37,274 nt of DNA from a virus. A program made the position numbers and the translations under genes. The DNA is taken from the IMG/VR virus record IMGVR_UViG_3300045988_155223. One strand, 5' to 3'. Shown here in pieces: positions 1 through 9,154 of the stretch (position 1 is the stretch's first letter; every line of letters begins with the position of its first letter). Below the pieces are notes generated by a model, which saw nothing but the letters and a program-made list of their open reading frames with translations, did no database searches and was not told the origin of the DNA.

Positions 1-55
1 CCGATAGGGAGTCTTTCACAAAGCGCGACGAGAATATCTTCAGGCTCTGTGACGG
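1..55. repeat. Terminal overlap, left copy (identical to 37220-37274)
   Basis: Direct comparison: ccgatagggagtctttcacaaagcgcgacgagaatatcttcaggctctgtgacgg occurs at both ends. A 55-nt exact overlap is typical of an assembler circularisation artefact rather than a biological DTR. Confidence 0.95.
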
Positions 56-650
56 GTGCCTAGGCTTTCTTTTCGACGGTGACACGCATCATCTGGCGTT
101 CTCCTCCATCAGGAATCCTTTGCCGGAGGTCAATGTCGGTTTCACGCGCTTGATAGGACCTGGCGACATGCTTCAGAATCTGACTTTCGGGGAGTTCCGG
201 CACGCGTCTTCGGCATTGAACTCATTCTTCCGGAGCCGCGAAGAGAATGACCTGGACGAATGTATAGCATTTTTATACAGGAGGGCTTCTTTGCGGGAGA
301 ACAGGGCCGGGCGTCGGGTCCGTCCCGTATTGTCAGGTAAGTTTGCCGATGATATACGGGTCATTTCTGGAATGGCTTCATGGCAGAAAAACCTCATAAT
401 GATGTGGTTTGCCGCGTGTCTGAAGTACCTTCAGGAGGAGAATATCAGCATTGACGGGGAACTGATCGATATGAGGCTGCTGTTCTCAGGAGATAGCGAA
501 TCGTCCGGGCCGGCATTCGGGTGGAATGACCTTCTGGTGGAGATTGCAAAGGAGCAAAGCGTGGGGACTATGGAACAGGTGGAAGAACAGCCGTTATTTA
601 CGATAATCAGCATCATGTGGCATAATTACAAAAGAGAGAAAACGCTATGA
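3..650 (+). CDS. Hypothetical virion-module protein, C-terminal part of a junction-spanning CDS (starts at 37012)
   Basis: The frame is open from nt 3, with no stop before the TTG listed at 120. After removing the overlap it is in phase with the ORF beginning at ATG 37012, giving one CDS of about 285 aa. There is an ATGA overlap with the next gene at 647-650. Confidence 0.7.
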   Translation, partial: DRESFTKRDENIFRLCDGCLGFLFDGDTHHLAFSSIRNPLPEVNVGFTRLIGPGDMLQNLTFGEFRHASSALNSFFRSREENDLDECIAFLYRRASLRENRAGRRVRPVLSGKFADDIRVISGMASWQKNLIMMWFAACLKYLQEENISIDGELIDMRLLFSGDSESSGPAFGWNDLLVEIAKEQSVGTMEQVEEQPLFTIISIMWHNYKREKTL

Positions 651-1114
651 GCAGAATGTCAAAAATCATAAGACTAGATAAGTATCTGTCCGGATTGGTC
701 TTGCGGATGGAATATCAGGATGGCAGTTTTCGTCAGTACAAGGCTATAATGACGACGGCGCAGGCTGATGCCACGTCCAAATTGTCGCGTCTTTCCGGGT
801 CTCAAATCGTCGCTGCAAGAACGGAGTGCAAGCAGTCTGGAGATTCGGACGGTTATTCGTCAATCTTGAGTACGGTGATATTCGTGTTGGATAAAGGGCT
901 AGGGACCAGCAGGACAGAGGAACTTGAGAACAAACAGTATCAGGAGTTGGCAGGTTTGGCCGACGCTGTTCTGACGCGTATCGCTGACGACGCCACTTCA
1001 GGTATGTGCAACCTGCTGTCGGGGCTGAAGCTTGATTCTGTGGATATAACGCCGGAGAGTTCAATCTTTGGCGGGTGGAGCGGCTATAGCATTGAAATAT
1101 CGTTCATTTGTTAG
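647..1114 (+). CDS. Hypothetical structural (neck/tail region) protein
   Basis: 155-aa ORF, translationally coupled (ATGA) to the upstream gene, co-oriented within the morphogenesis block. No motif recognised. Confidence 0.65.
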   Translation: MSRMSKIIRLDKYLSGLVLRMEYQDGSFRQYKAIMTTAQADATSKLSRLSGSQIVAARTECKQSGDSDGYSSILSTVIFVLDKGLGTSRTEELENKQYQELAGLADAVLTRIADDATSGMCNLLSGLKLDSVDITPESSIFGGWSGYSIEISFIC

Positions 1115-1117
1115 TGT

Positions 1118-1483
1118 ATGGGAGTGAAAGACAGGTTTGTCCGCAATGTCCTGGAAGAGGAGGGGCGCAGGATGCTGAGTTCTCAGAGTGCTGCCATCGG
1201 GCGTGCCGTGCGCTTCCGATCGGGAAGGCTGTTCAATGACAGAAGCATCTCTGTGTCAGGAGGTGCTGACATGGATGGTAAGCTGACGTTCACTCATACG
1301 GATTATGAGCGTTTTCTTGATTTGCGCCGGCTGAGACATGGCACGAAGACCTCGAAGAGCAATAAGAAGATTCATAACCGCTACGTGTTTGGCGCATATT
1401 CATCCATCGCGTCGCGGCTGATGTATGATCTGACTGATGATGTGGCGGAGAGTATCCGCAAGCAGATGGAAGGCGGCTTCTAA
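1118..1483 (+). CDS. Hypothetical structural protein
   Basis: 121-aa ORF with an ATG 3 nt after the upstream stop. It is the last gene of the block before the moron. No motif recognised. Confidence 0.6.
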   Translation: MGVKDRFVRNVLEEEGRRMLSSQSAAIGRAVRFRSGRLFNDRSISVSGGADMDGKLTFTHTDYERFLDLRRLRHGTKTSKSNKKIHNRYVFGAYSSIASRLMYDLTDDVAESIRKQMEGGF

Positions 1484-1504
1484 CATTTGTTATAACATTT
1501 GTTG
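1481..1504. promoter_or_regulatory. Two abutting operator-like palindromes TAACATTTGTTA / TAACATTTGTTG
   Basis: 1481-1492 is a perfect 12-bp palindrome and 1493-1504 matches at 11 of 12 positions. The same motif occurs in the repressor/cro switch (20511-20546) and at 18740-18751. Confidence 0.55.
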
Positions 1505-1541
1505 GTTGTTAAATCGCTGAAAGGTAAAGTTTAGCGTAAAT

Positions 1542-1572
1542 TTTGCAATCTGAAAAATAAATCATATTTTTG
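1542..1572 (+). promoter_or_regulatory. Bacteroides-type promoter for the TA moron (TTTG -33, TATTTTTG -7)
   Basis: TTTG at 1542-1545, a 19-nt spacer, then TATTTTTG at 1565-1572 matching TAnnTTTG. The ATG at 1594 lies about 20 nt downstream. Confidence 0.55.
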
Positions 1573-1593
1573 CAGATAATTGTGGTGGCTACT

Positions 1594-2145
1594 ATGACAG
1601 AATTTCAGCGACAGACATTGATAGAGATAGTTCTTTATGTCCTGAATAAGACTAAAGGCGTCGATTTCTATCATCTTTTTAAAATTCTTTATTTTGCGAA
1701 TAAGGCGTTTTTAGCAAAATGGGGAACCCGTATTATCGCGGATGACTTTTGTGCGTTGGAGTATGGTCCTGTGCCGACAAATCTGTACAATGCGGTGAAA
1801 AATGATCGTTATTCGGCTTGCGCAGGATTGATTCCTATCTATAATATGGCAGTAGAGAAGGCAGGAGAAGACGCACCGAATGTCCTTATCGCCAAACGTC
1901 CAGAGAATATGGACTATATATCTCAGTCTGTAAAGGAGGAACTGGATAAATCTATCGACGAAAATCTCAATCTCTCCTTTTCCCAGTTGAAAGATAAATC
2001 GCACGATTCTGCTTGGAAAAAGGCGTACAACGGGGCAGGCCGTAAGGTTATGGATGATTATTCTATAGCGTTGGCTGCTGGAGCCGATGAAAGCACCTTG
2101 CGCTATATCCTTGAACAGGAAGAACTATGTAAAGCGCTTGCGTAA
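1594..2145 (+). CDS. Panacea / SocA-like (DUF4065-type) antitoxin
   Basis: The N-terminal pattern LIEIVLYVLNK...FYHLFKILYFANKAFLAKWGTRIIADDFCALEYGPVPTNLY matches the hallmark of the SocA/Panacea antitoxin domain (KLLYfad...G.pi....f.a...GPV). ATG 1594 is preferred over the TTG at 1570, which sits inside the -7 box. There is a 1-nt stop/start overlap (TAATG) with the downstream gene. Confidence 0.65.
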   Translation: MTEFQRQTLIEIVLYVLNKTKGVDFYHLFKILYFANKAFLAKWGTRIIADDFCALEYGPVPTNLYNAVKNDRYSACAGLIPIYNMAVEKAGEDAPNVLIAKRPENMDYISQSVKEELDKSIDENLNLSFSQLKDKSHDSAWKKAYNGAGRKVMDDYSIALAAGADESTLRYILEQEELCKALA

Positions 2146-2597
2146 TGGCTCTTTCTGATTTCTTGTCTTCGGAAATACTGAAGAAGTTGGCAGATGCCTC
2201 CATCGAAAAAGGTAATGTTTATCGTATTGAGATGGATGAATCCAATGGGATTACGCCCAAGCATTCTGGAGACACTTCAAGGCATAAGTATTTCATTGTA
2301 CTCGGGTTTGACAATGCCGGTAATGTGTATGGAGGTGTGATAATGAACTCCGACATAAACAAGTTTACGCCTCCGGCTATTGTGCAGTTACAGATACCGG
2401 TGCAGAGAGTACACTATCCATTTCTGAAACACGATTCCTATGTCAATTGCGCTGATATCAAAGAGGTGAATATTTCAAAATTCTCGGAGTGGCAATATCT
2501 TGGCAAGGTAGGTAGCGTAGATTTTGACATCATCTGCGAAGCCGTGCGCAAGTCTCCTTTGATGACGAAGGCAAATCTTCAGAGGTTTGGTCTGTGA
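2145..2597 (+). CDS. Putative toxin partner, MazF/PemK-like pattern (uncertain fold)
   Basis: It is coupled to the antitoxin gene. GNVYRIEMDESNGITPKHSGDTSRHKYFIVLG ... SYVNCADIKEVN resembles the MazF/PemK pattern G-D-hydrophobic-x-hydrophobic-D...G....RP.VVLS ... v.c.qi. This is motif-level similarity only. Confidence 0.45.
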   Translation: MALSDFLSSEILKKLADASIEKGNVYRIEMDESNGITPKHSGDTSRHKYFIVLGFDNAGNVYGGVIMNSDINKFTPPAIVQLQIPVQRVHYPFLKHDSYVNCADIKEVNISKFSEWQYLGKVGSVDFDIICEAVRKSPLMTKANLQRFGL

Positions 2598-2669
2598 TTC
2601 TATTTGCCTGCACGGAAAAGTTGTGTAACTTTGAGATGGGATGTAGTGTATAATCCATATATTTTTACA

Positions 2670-2975
2670 ATGCTTGGATGGAGTCTAATATGTGTTTTTG
2701 CTATCGCATGTTTTGTGATTGTTGCGATGCTGATGGCGTTGCCTATAGTTTTTCTTGTGGGAGGCGTTGGTAATCTTGTGCCGCCGAAACTGCCGAAAAA
2801 TATAGATGCAATGCCTAAGGATACCCAAGAAATGTATACTAAAATATATGAACAAGAATGTGTAGAGTGGAATAACACTAGCAAATCTAAGCGCGTGTGG
2901 ACTTCTATTTGCTCTATTCTTTTTGCCGTGTGTGTCGCATTATGGCTGGTTGCGGAGTTGTTCGACCTACTTTAA
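2670..2975 (+). CDS. Small integral membrane protein (2 predicted TM helices)
   Basis: Hydrophobic stretches LGWSLICVFAIACFVIVAMLMALPIVFLVGG and VWTSICSILFAVCVALWLVAELF. ATG 2670 is preferred over TTG 2604. It lies in the AT-richer moron region. Confidence 0.5.
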   Translation: MLGWSLICVFAIACFVIVAMLMALPIVFLVGGVGNLVPPKLPKNIDAMPKDTQEMYTKIYEQECVEWNNTSKSKRVWTSICSILFAVCVALWLVAELFDLL

Positions 2976-3019
2976 TTCTAATCAGAATAACGCTGGATTA
3001 GCGGTTTTAGTCAATTCCT

Positions 3020-3055
3020 TGTCCTTTATTAGCTCTCTTCGGAGGGCTATTTTTG
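3020..3055 (+). promoter_or_regulatory. Late-type promoter copy 1 (TGTCCTTTATT-N17-TATTTTTG) upstream of the tape measure gene
   Basis: One of four copies of a conserved composite motif (see 9102, 27100, 34434). The -7 box matches the Bacteroides TAnnTTTG consensus. The ATG at 3075 lies 19 nt downstream. Confidence 0.55.
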
Positions 3056-3074
3056 TACCATAAATCATAACGTT

Positions 3075-6000
3075 ATGGCAGGAAAGATAAGAAACGAGGA
3101 TTTGCAGCTGAACATCATCGTAAATGGCGATGTTGGGCGCAAGCGTATATTGGAGTTGGAGCAGACGATGCGAGATACAGAATCGTCGATAAAGGCCACC
3201 AACCAGCAACTTCAGGCAATGTCTGCCGCTGGCAAGAACGGAACGAAAGAGTACAAGGCTTTGAACCAGACTCTTAAAGACCAGAAGAAATCGCTTGAGG
3301 AGAGCCGCAAGCAATTTGACAAACTTCAGAGCGGTATATCTCTCGAGAACAAGACCATTTCAGAACTTCGCAATCAGATAAAACTCACTAATGCGGCTCT
3401 TGGCAAAGCTGTCCCGGGGACTGAAAATTGGAAGAACTTGAATCGCACATTACAGCAAACAAAAACGCGGCTGAAAGAGCTTACTGACCAGTCTAAAGCG
3501 GTCCATTACACAACTTGTGAGCTGTCGGATAAGTTCAGTAAGTATATCGTGAGCATATATGGTGCGATTGGCGCGATTCAAGGTGCTTTCAATAAATTTA
3601 CTGGGGCTCGTGATGCTTTCCTCTTGTATGATGAAGCATTGACTGATGCGATGAAGACCACGAATCTGACGAAAGACGAGATCCTGGATCTGAGCGCCAG
3701 CCTGAAGCAGATTGATACGAAAACACCTCAGAATGAACTTCTCGCTCTTGTCCGTGCCGGCGGCAAACTCGGCATAACAGGACAGGAGGATCTTCTCGGA
3801 TTTGCAAGGGCCGCTGATAAAATCAACGTCGCATTGTCCGAGGATCTTGGAGGGAATGCCGAAGCTGCTATCACAGCCATTGGCAAGATGACAGACATCT
3901 TTAGCCTTACCGACGAGTATGGTATAGAGCAGGCTATGCTGAAAGTCGGTTCTACTATCAATGAACTCGGCATGGCTTCCACTGCCAATGAGGGCTATAT
4001 CGTGGACTTCTCCAAGAGACTTGCAGGTATTGCTCCAAATGCAGATATCAGCATTGACAAGATATTAGGTCTTGCCGCTACTCTCGACAAATATGGTCAG
4101 CAGTCTGAGACTTCCTCTACAGCTATCGGCCAGACGATTATGGCGATGTTCAAGCGAACTGAGACCTTTGCACAGATAGCCGGAATTCCGCTGGAGGAGT
4201 TCTCTGAACTCTTGAAGACAGACGTGAATGAGGCCCTATTGAAAGTTCTGGAAGGGATGCAGCGCGGAGAGGGTGGCCTTGCGTCCGTGACCGCAGCAAT
4301 GGAGGAAATGCACTTGAATGGGCAGAGGGCAGCCACGGTACTCGGCTCGCTGTCGAAGCATACGGATGAACTGCGTTCACAGCAGGAAATTGCAAACAAG
4401 GCTTTCTCTGCCGGCACTTCATTGACAGCGGAATTTGCGGTCAAGAACAACTCTTTGACGGCAGAACTGGAAAAGCAGAAGAAAGCAATCCTGGAGGATG
4501 TGGTAAGTCTTGGCGAGAAGCTGAATCCGGCAATGTCGGAAGGAATGACGATTGCAAATGGTGGGCTGAAAGTTATTTCAGGCCTTATAGGCGTCGCTGT
4601 GAAACTACGATTGATTATATATGCTTTAACGGCGGCTTATGTTGCAAATACTATTGCTAAAAAAGCCGCGTGGTTCTGGTCTAAAGCACATCGGGAGGAA
4701 TTGAACAAAGAAGTTTTGACATTAAGAACTGCTAAAGCCGGAACAATAGCATTTGCTATAGCACATAACCTTTTGGCCGGAAATGTCAAGGGTGCCGTTG
4801 CTGCTTTTAAGTTATTAGGGAAAGCTATTAAGTCAAATCCTGTAGGGTTAATAGTAGGCGCTTTTAGCGCAGTGGCGGGTATTGCCGTTTCGGTTGTTAG
4901 ACGATTTAATGAAATTTCCAAGGCTCAGCGTGAACTCAATAAAGCTTATACTGAGACCATCGACAAGATCGGACGGGAACGTAGCGCCCTGGATAGGATG
5001 GGAAAGGCGGTGACCGATGCAAAGATTGGCTCGCAGGAACGTGCTGATGCTATCAAAAAACTTAACGAGCGTTTCGGGGATTATCTCCCTCATTTGTTGA
5101 CGGAGAAATCTTCGAATGAGGAGGTAGCAGCGGCATTGAAATTGGCGAACACTGAGCTTGAGCGGAAAATAAAGTTGCAGGCGATGGAAGAGGCGCAGAC
5201 TAAGATCTTCAATTCGTTGACAGATGCTGCCAGCAAGGCGACTGATTCTGTGATAGGCTTCCTGGAGAGGTGGAATCAGACAAAACTGACTACTTCTCAA
5301 ATCGAGGCGGTTACTAAGGCGGTGGTAGATTATAGAGAGGCTATGAAGGCGGCGGAAGCCGAGCAGGATCCTCTCAAGAAATCGGCAGCTTTGTCGCTTG
5401 CCAAATCGAATCTGGCTGGGAAAGTGACAGCAGCGGGACTTAATTATCCTGATATGTCGCGTGCACAGAATGCTCAGGAGGCATATTATATGCGTCCATT
5501 GGTGGAGAGTTTCGATAAGATTCTTGACGGCTTGAGAGTGGCGGCCGCTGCGGCAGTGCGGGATGAAGCGAAACTCAATGGCCTATATGGGATGGCTTCA
5601 TCTGGCCCAGTCGATGAAAGCAGCCCGGACTTCATCGGACCGACATTGAAGAAGACCACGTCTGCAACTTCTTCTTCTCCATCTGTGACAGACGACACCA
5701 CATCATCTGGAGGCAAGTGGTCACTCGGTTCGGACAGCCAGTATCTCCAGGCTGCTTATGACCTGAAAGAGCAATATAGGCAGGGCGACATTAAATCAGA
5801 GGACGAATACCAGAAGAAGATTCTTGAACTGGAGATACAGACGCTTCAAGAAAGAATTGCTTCCGGCAAGGAGACAGGAGACCAGTTGCTTGCTCTAAAA
5901 TCACAGTTGGCGGATAAGCAAATCAAACTCCAGAAAGACGAATCCGATGCTGAAAAGGCTCAGGCGGCAAAGGACGCAGCTGATAAAAAGAAGCAGATTG

Positions 6001-7337
6001 ACGATGGTATCAGTCTTCTCGAAAAGCAGTATCGTCTTGAAAAAACGGCTATGGAGGCAAAAAATGCTGAGGAGCTGGCTGCAAGTAAGGCAACAGGGGA
6101 TGAACTGGCACAGCTGAAAGAAGAACAGGCGAAGAGACTTGCCGGCATTGATCTGAAGTATCTTGGCGAGTTGAAGGCGGAACTCGAGAAGATTATAGAA
6201 TCGAGCGACAGCGCCGATTTTATGAAACTCGATGGCGGGAACCTGGATGCTATAAAACTGAAGCTTCAGGAAATACGGAAGACAATTGCCGAACTGACAG
6301 GGCCTCAGGGCTCGGAGGGTGAATCGGCTGAAACGGCAACCGCACCGAAATCAGGCGGAACGCTGTTCGGAGTTGGTCAGGAGGAATGGAACCAGCTTTT
6401 CCAGAATATCGCAGACGGAAAATACGGGCTCGAAGATCTGACAAATACCGTAACTGCGCTAGAGGGGGCTTTTAGTCAAATGTTTAGCCTGTGGTCTCAG
6501 GCGTCCGAGCTCCAGGCTGCGAGGGATAAGAGTGATTTTAAAAACTACGAAAAACAGAATGACAAGAAGAAAAAGTCTCTGGAAAAGAGGCTGAATGCCG
6601 GGCTTATAAGTGAAGCTCAATACAATGCGGAAATTGAGTCGCTGGAGAAGGAGAAGGACACCTATCAAGAACAGATGGAACTGAAGCAGGCTAAGAGGCA
6701 GAAGGCTCAGAAACTTACACAAGCTATTATCAATACCGCTCTTGGCGTTACAAAGACATTGGCAGAATGGGGAATTCCTTGGGGCATTGCCCCCGCAGCG
6801 ATTATGGGCGCAATGGGCGCGGCTGAAGCTGCGATGATTGCTGCCACTCCGATTACGACAGGCGCTGAAGATGGTGGATTGTTCAATACAAAAAGGGCAC
6901 AGGACGGAAAGATGTTCAAGGCGAGGCTGTCTCCGGATAAGAGGGGATTCGTCTCTTCTCCTACAGTTCTGGTGGGAGAGAATGGCGGGGAATATATAAT
7001 TCCAGCGGCAGGTCTTGCGAATCCGACACTGCAACCGTTCTTGGCAACATTGGAAACTGCAAGACGGAATGGCACGCTCAAGAATCTGAATTTTGATGCC
7101 GTGTATCCTCTGTCGGCAACTATGGCCAGGGCTGAAGGCGGAAATACGCAAGCCGGCAGTACATCTCAGGTTGTCATCCGGGAGTCTCAAGACACCAGCA
7201 GGCTTATAGATGTTATAGAGGCATTGAACAAACGCCTCAGCCATCCAATCCGGGCTGATGTGTCGATGCTGGGGAAAAATGGAATTGTAGAGCAGACTGA
7301 AAAGTATAATAGATATAAGACTAGAGGTAGATTATGA
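3075..7337 (+). CDS. Tail tape measure protein
   Basis: 1420 aa, long coiled-coil-rich sequence. It has a TP901-type TMP core-like segment (LVRAGGKLGITGQEDLLGFARAADKINVALSEDLGGNAEAAITAIGKMTDIF), central hydrophobic segments, and sits directly upstream of the tail genes. Confidence 0.9.
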   Translation: MAGKIRNEDLQLNIIVNGDVGRKRILELEQTMRDTESSIKATNQQLQAMSAAGKNGTKEYKALNQTLKDQKKSLEESRKQFDKLQSGISLENKTISELRNQIKLTNAALGKAVPGTENWKNLNRTLQQTKTRLKELTDQSKAVHYTTCELSDKFSKYIVSIYGAIGAIQGAFNKFTGARDAFLLYDEALTDAMKTTNLTKDEILDLSASLKQIDTKTPQNELLALVRAGGKLGITGQEDLLGFARAADKINVALSEDLGGNAEAAITAIGKMTDIFSLTDEYGIEQAMLKVGSTINELGMASTANEGYIVDFSKRLAGIAPNADISIDKILGLAATLDKYGQQSETSSTAIGQTIMAMFKRTETFAQIAGIPLEEFSELLKTDVNEALLKVLEGMQRGEGGLASVTAAMEEMHLNGQRAATVLGSLSKHTDELRSQQEIANKAFSAGTSLTAEFAVKNNSLTAELEKQKKAILEDVVSLGEKLNPAMSEGMTIANGGLKVISGLIGVAVKLRLIIYALTAAYVANTIAKKAAWFWSKAHREELNKEVLTLRTAKAGTIAFAIAHNLLAGNVKGAVAAFKLLGKAIKSNPVGLIVGAFSAVAGIAVSVVRRFNEISKAQRELNKAYTETIDKIGRERSALDRMGKAVTDAKIGSQERADAIKKLNERFGDYLPHLLTEKSSNEEVAAALKLANTELERKIKLQAMEEAQTKIFNSLTDAASKATDSVIGFLERWNQTKLTTSQIEAVTKAVVDYREAMKAAEAEQDPLKKSAALSLAKSNLAGKVTAAGLNYPDMSRAQNAQEAYYMRPLVESFDKILDGLRVAAAAAVRDEAKLNGLYGMASSGPVDESSPDFIGPTLKKTTSATSSSPSVTDDTTSSGGKWSLGSDSQYLQAAYDLKEQYRQGDIKSEDEYQKKILELEIQTLQERIASGKETGDQLLALKSQLADKQIKLQKDESDAEKAQAAKDAADKKKQIDDGISLLEKQYRLEKTAMEAKNAEELAASKATGDELAQLKEEQAKRLAGIDLKYLGELKAELEKIIESSDSADFMKLDGGNLDAIKLKLQEIRKTIAELTGPQGSEGESAETATAPKSGGTLFGVGQEEWNQLFQNIADGKYGLEDLTNTVTALEGAFSQMFSLWSQASELQAARDKSDFKNYEKQNDKKKKSLEKRLNAGLISEAQYNAEIESLEKEKDTYQEQMELKQAKRQKAQKLTQAIINTALGVTKTLAEWGIPWGIAPAAIMGAMGAAEAAMIAATPITTGAEDGGLFNTKRAQDGKMFKARLSPDKRGFVSSPTVLVGENGGEYIIPAAGLANPTLQPFLATLETARRNGTLKNLNFDAVYPLSATMARAEGGNTQAGSTSQVVIRESQDTSRLIDVIEALNKRLSHPIRADVSMLGKNGIVEQTEKYNRYKTRGRL

Positions 7338-9094
7338 TTAGAATATTGACAAGCGATGGAGCATCTTTGGATCTTGATCCATCTGCCGAGTTTGAGCTGG
7401 AGTATGAAAATCCGATGTTGGACGACAGCCACATACCGGTACCATTCAGCACTTCGATAGCATTTCTTTCTACGCCCGCGAACTGTAAAGTCTTCGGGTA
7501 TTTGTCGGCAATGATGCTGGAGCCTTCGGTTAAGAAGCTGTCAGCCGTCATAGAGGTCGGAGGCATTCCTTTGTTCTATGGGACTTTGTTGTTCGATTCT
7601 ATAGAAGAAAAACACCTTAATTATACTTTTGCCGGGCGCGATATACAGGTTGAATGGTCTAAAAAACTTTGGCAGTTGGACATTCGGAAATTTAAGGGTA
7701 GCAAAGCATGGTATACCGCATACGAAGTTTCAGAAGGACGTGAGGTTGGAATCTGTACGCCTCCGCTAATTAATCCTGAATATGTTGCGAAATCAATATA
7801 TCAAGATGATGCGGGCAAGATTGAACGAGTCAATGCCAGAGATAAGTATATGAACTGTCCAGTTTATGTCTTGAAGGGAGGAACTTCAGGCATGAAATTA
7901 TTTTATAGCGAAACCTTTACGCCTGTAATATCCGTCGATAGAATTCTGGCTGCAATTCCTGATGCATGGTCAGAAAAGCCATCTTTTTCGACGCTATCAA
8001 TTATTGGCAGATATTCTTCTGTTTTGCAGTATTATAATACCGCTTGGGGAGCCTCTATTAAGAATGGAAATGACGGAGATGTGGCCACTTTTGACGAAAC
8101 GGAATTTGATTTGGCGGGAACATTGCCGGACATTACTGTTTTTGAACTGATCAAGAATCTTTCGCGTATGAGATGTGCGGCGGTATATTATGATGGTGGC
8201 AAACTTAAATTTTCACTTTTTAATGATATCGTGGAAGCTGCTCCTTTGGAATGGGATGATAAGATTTCGGATATATACTCCAGCTCGAAAGAGCCTTCCT
8301 GCAAATATGTCTTTGGGTTCTCCGATGATAGCTCGGGGAAGTTGTCATCATCTGACATGTCTCTCAATGTTTCAAAAAATAAAATCATGATTGCAGCCGG
8401 TTTTATTGATGCGTTGACTATGATGGAGGGGGAGGAATATACCCCAGTTGAAAACTATAATACCGGCGATGTTTATTCTGGGAAATCATATTTGTTTCAA
8501 AAGCACAGGGCATATTTGGTGGACAGCATTTACCATAATGCCCGGAAACGCGAAATTGGTGGCGACGAGGGCTCTTCTTTTGATTCATCCGTTGATTTTA
8601 TACCTGTTTGCGCGATTCCGGACGTCATTTATTACGAGAAGTCTGATAATGTTCTTTCTCCGTTTTATCTGGCCGCGCCTATAATTCCTCCTATGGCCTC
8701 AAACGAAGAACGGGATTCGAAGGTGTATATGGGATATGTGTTTGATGGACAAATGACAGACTCGGGCTTCACAGTGGGAGAAGAAGGTAAAGAACATTAT
8801 ATGGGCGTTCAGTTTACAAAAATGCCTGAGTCTACTAGACCGCATCTGATGTCGGTGGATAAATTATTGGATGAATATCATGAGGCTTTTGCAAATTGGA
8901 TTTCCTCCGAGAGACAATGCGTGACGGCAGATTTGAACCTGTCGCTGTTTGATATCTGTAATTTCAGAATGTATCGGCTCGTCTATTTCAATGCGAGACG
9001 ATGGGTTGTCCGAAAACTTACATTGACATTCAATGTCAACTCTGATTCGGTTTCGGCAAGAGGTGAGTTCCTTTCGTATGATTCTCAGAGGTGA
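7334..9094 (+). CDS. Tail protein (distal tail / baseplate position), function unassigned
   Basis: 586-aa ORF with an ATGA overlap on the tape measure stop, in the canonical position of distal tail or tail-tip proteins. Confidence 0.7.
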   Translation: MIRILTSDGASLDLDPSAEFELEYENPMLDDSHIPVPFSTSIAFLSTPANCKVFGYLSAMMLEPSVKKLSAVIEVGGIPLFYGTLLFDSIEEKHLNYTFAGRDIQVEWSKKLWQLDIRKFKGSKAWYTAYEVSEGREVGICTPPLINPEYVAKSIYQDDAGKIERVNARDKYMNCPVYVLKGGTSGMKLFYSETFTPVISVDRILAAIPDAWSEKPSFSTLSIIGRYSSVLQYYNTAWGASIKNGNDGDVATFDETEFDLAGTLPDITVFELIKNLSRMRCAAVYYDGGKLKFSLFNDIVEAAPLEWDDKISDIYSSSKEPSCKYVFGFSDDSSGKLSSSDMSLNVSKNKIMIAAGFIDALTMMEGEEYTPVENYNTGDVYSGKSYLFQKHRAYLVDSIYHNARKREIGGDEGSSFDSSVDFIPVCAIPDVIYYEKSDNVLSPFYLAAPIIPPMASNEERDSKVYMGYVFDGQMTDSGFTVGEEGKEHYMGVQFTKMPESTRPHLMSVDKLLDEYHEAFANWISSERQCVTADLNLSLFDICNFRMYRLVYFNARRWVVRKLTLTFNVNSDSVSARGEFLSYDSQR

Positions 9095-9101
9095 CTCTGC
9101 G

Positions 9102-9136
9102 TGTCCTTTCTAGCGGCCGTCATTTGCCTACTTTTG
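9102..9136 (+). promoter_or_regulatory. Late-type promoter copy 2 (TGTCCTTTCTA-N16-TACTTTTG)
   Basis: Same composite motif as 3020, 27100 and 34434. The ATG at 9155 lies 18 nt downstream. Confidence 0.55.
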
Positions 9137-9154
9137 TGACAGAAGATAGGCAAT

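Noticed and set aside
1105-1113. Partial operator half-site CATTTGTTA at the end of the 647-1114 gene
   Set aside because: Only one half of the TAACAWWTGTTA palindrome is present (the left half is TTCA rather than AACA), and it lies within coding sequence. It is probably chance.
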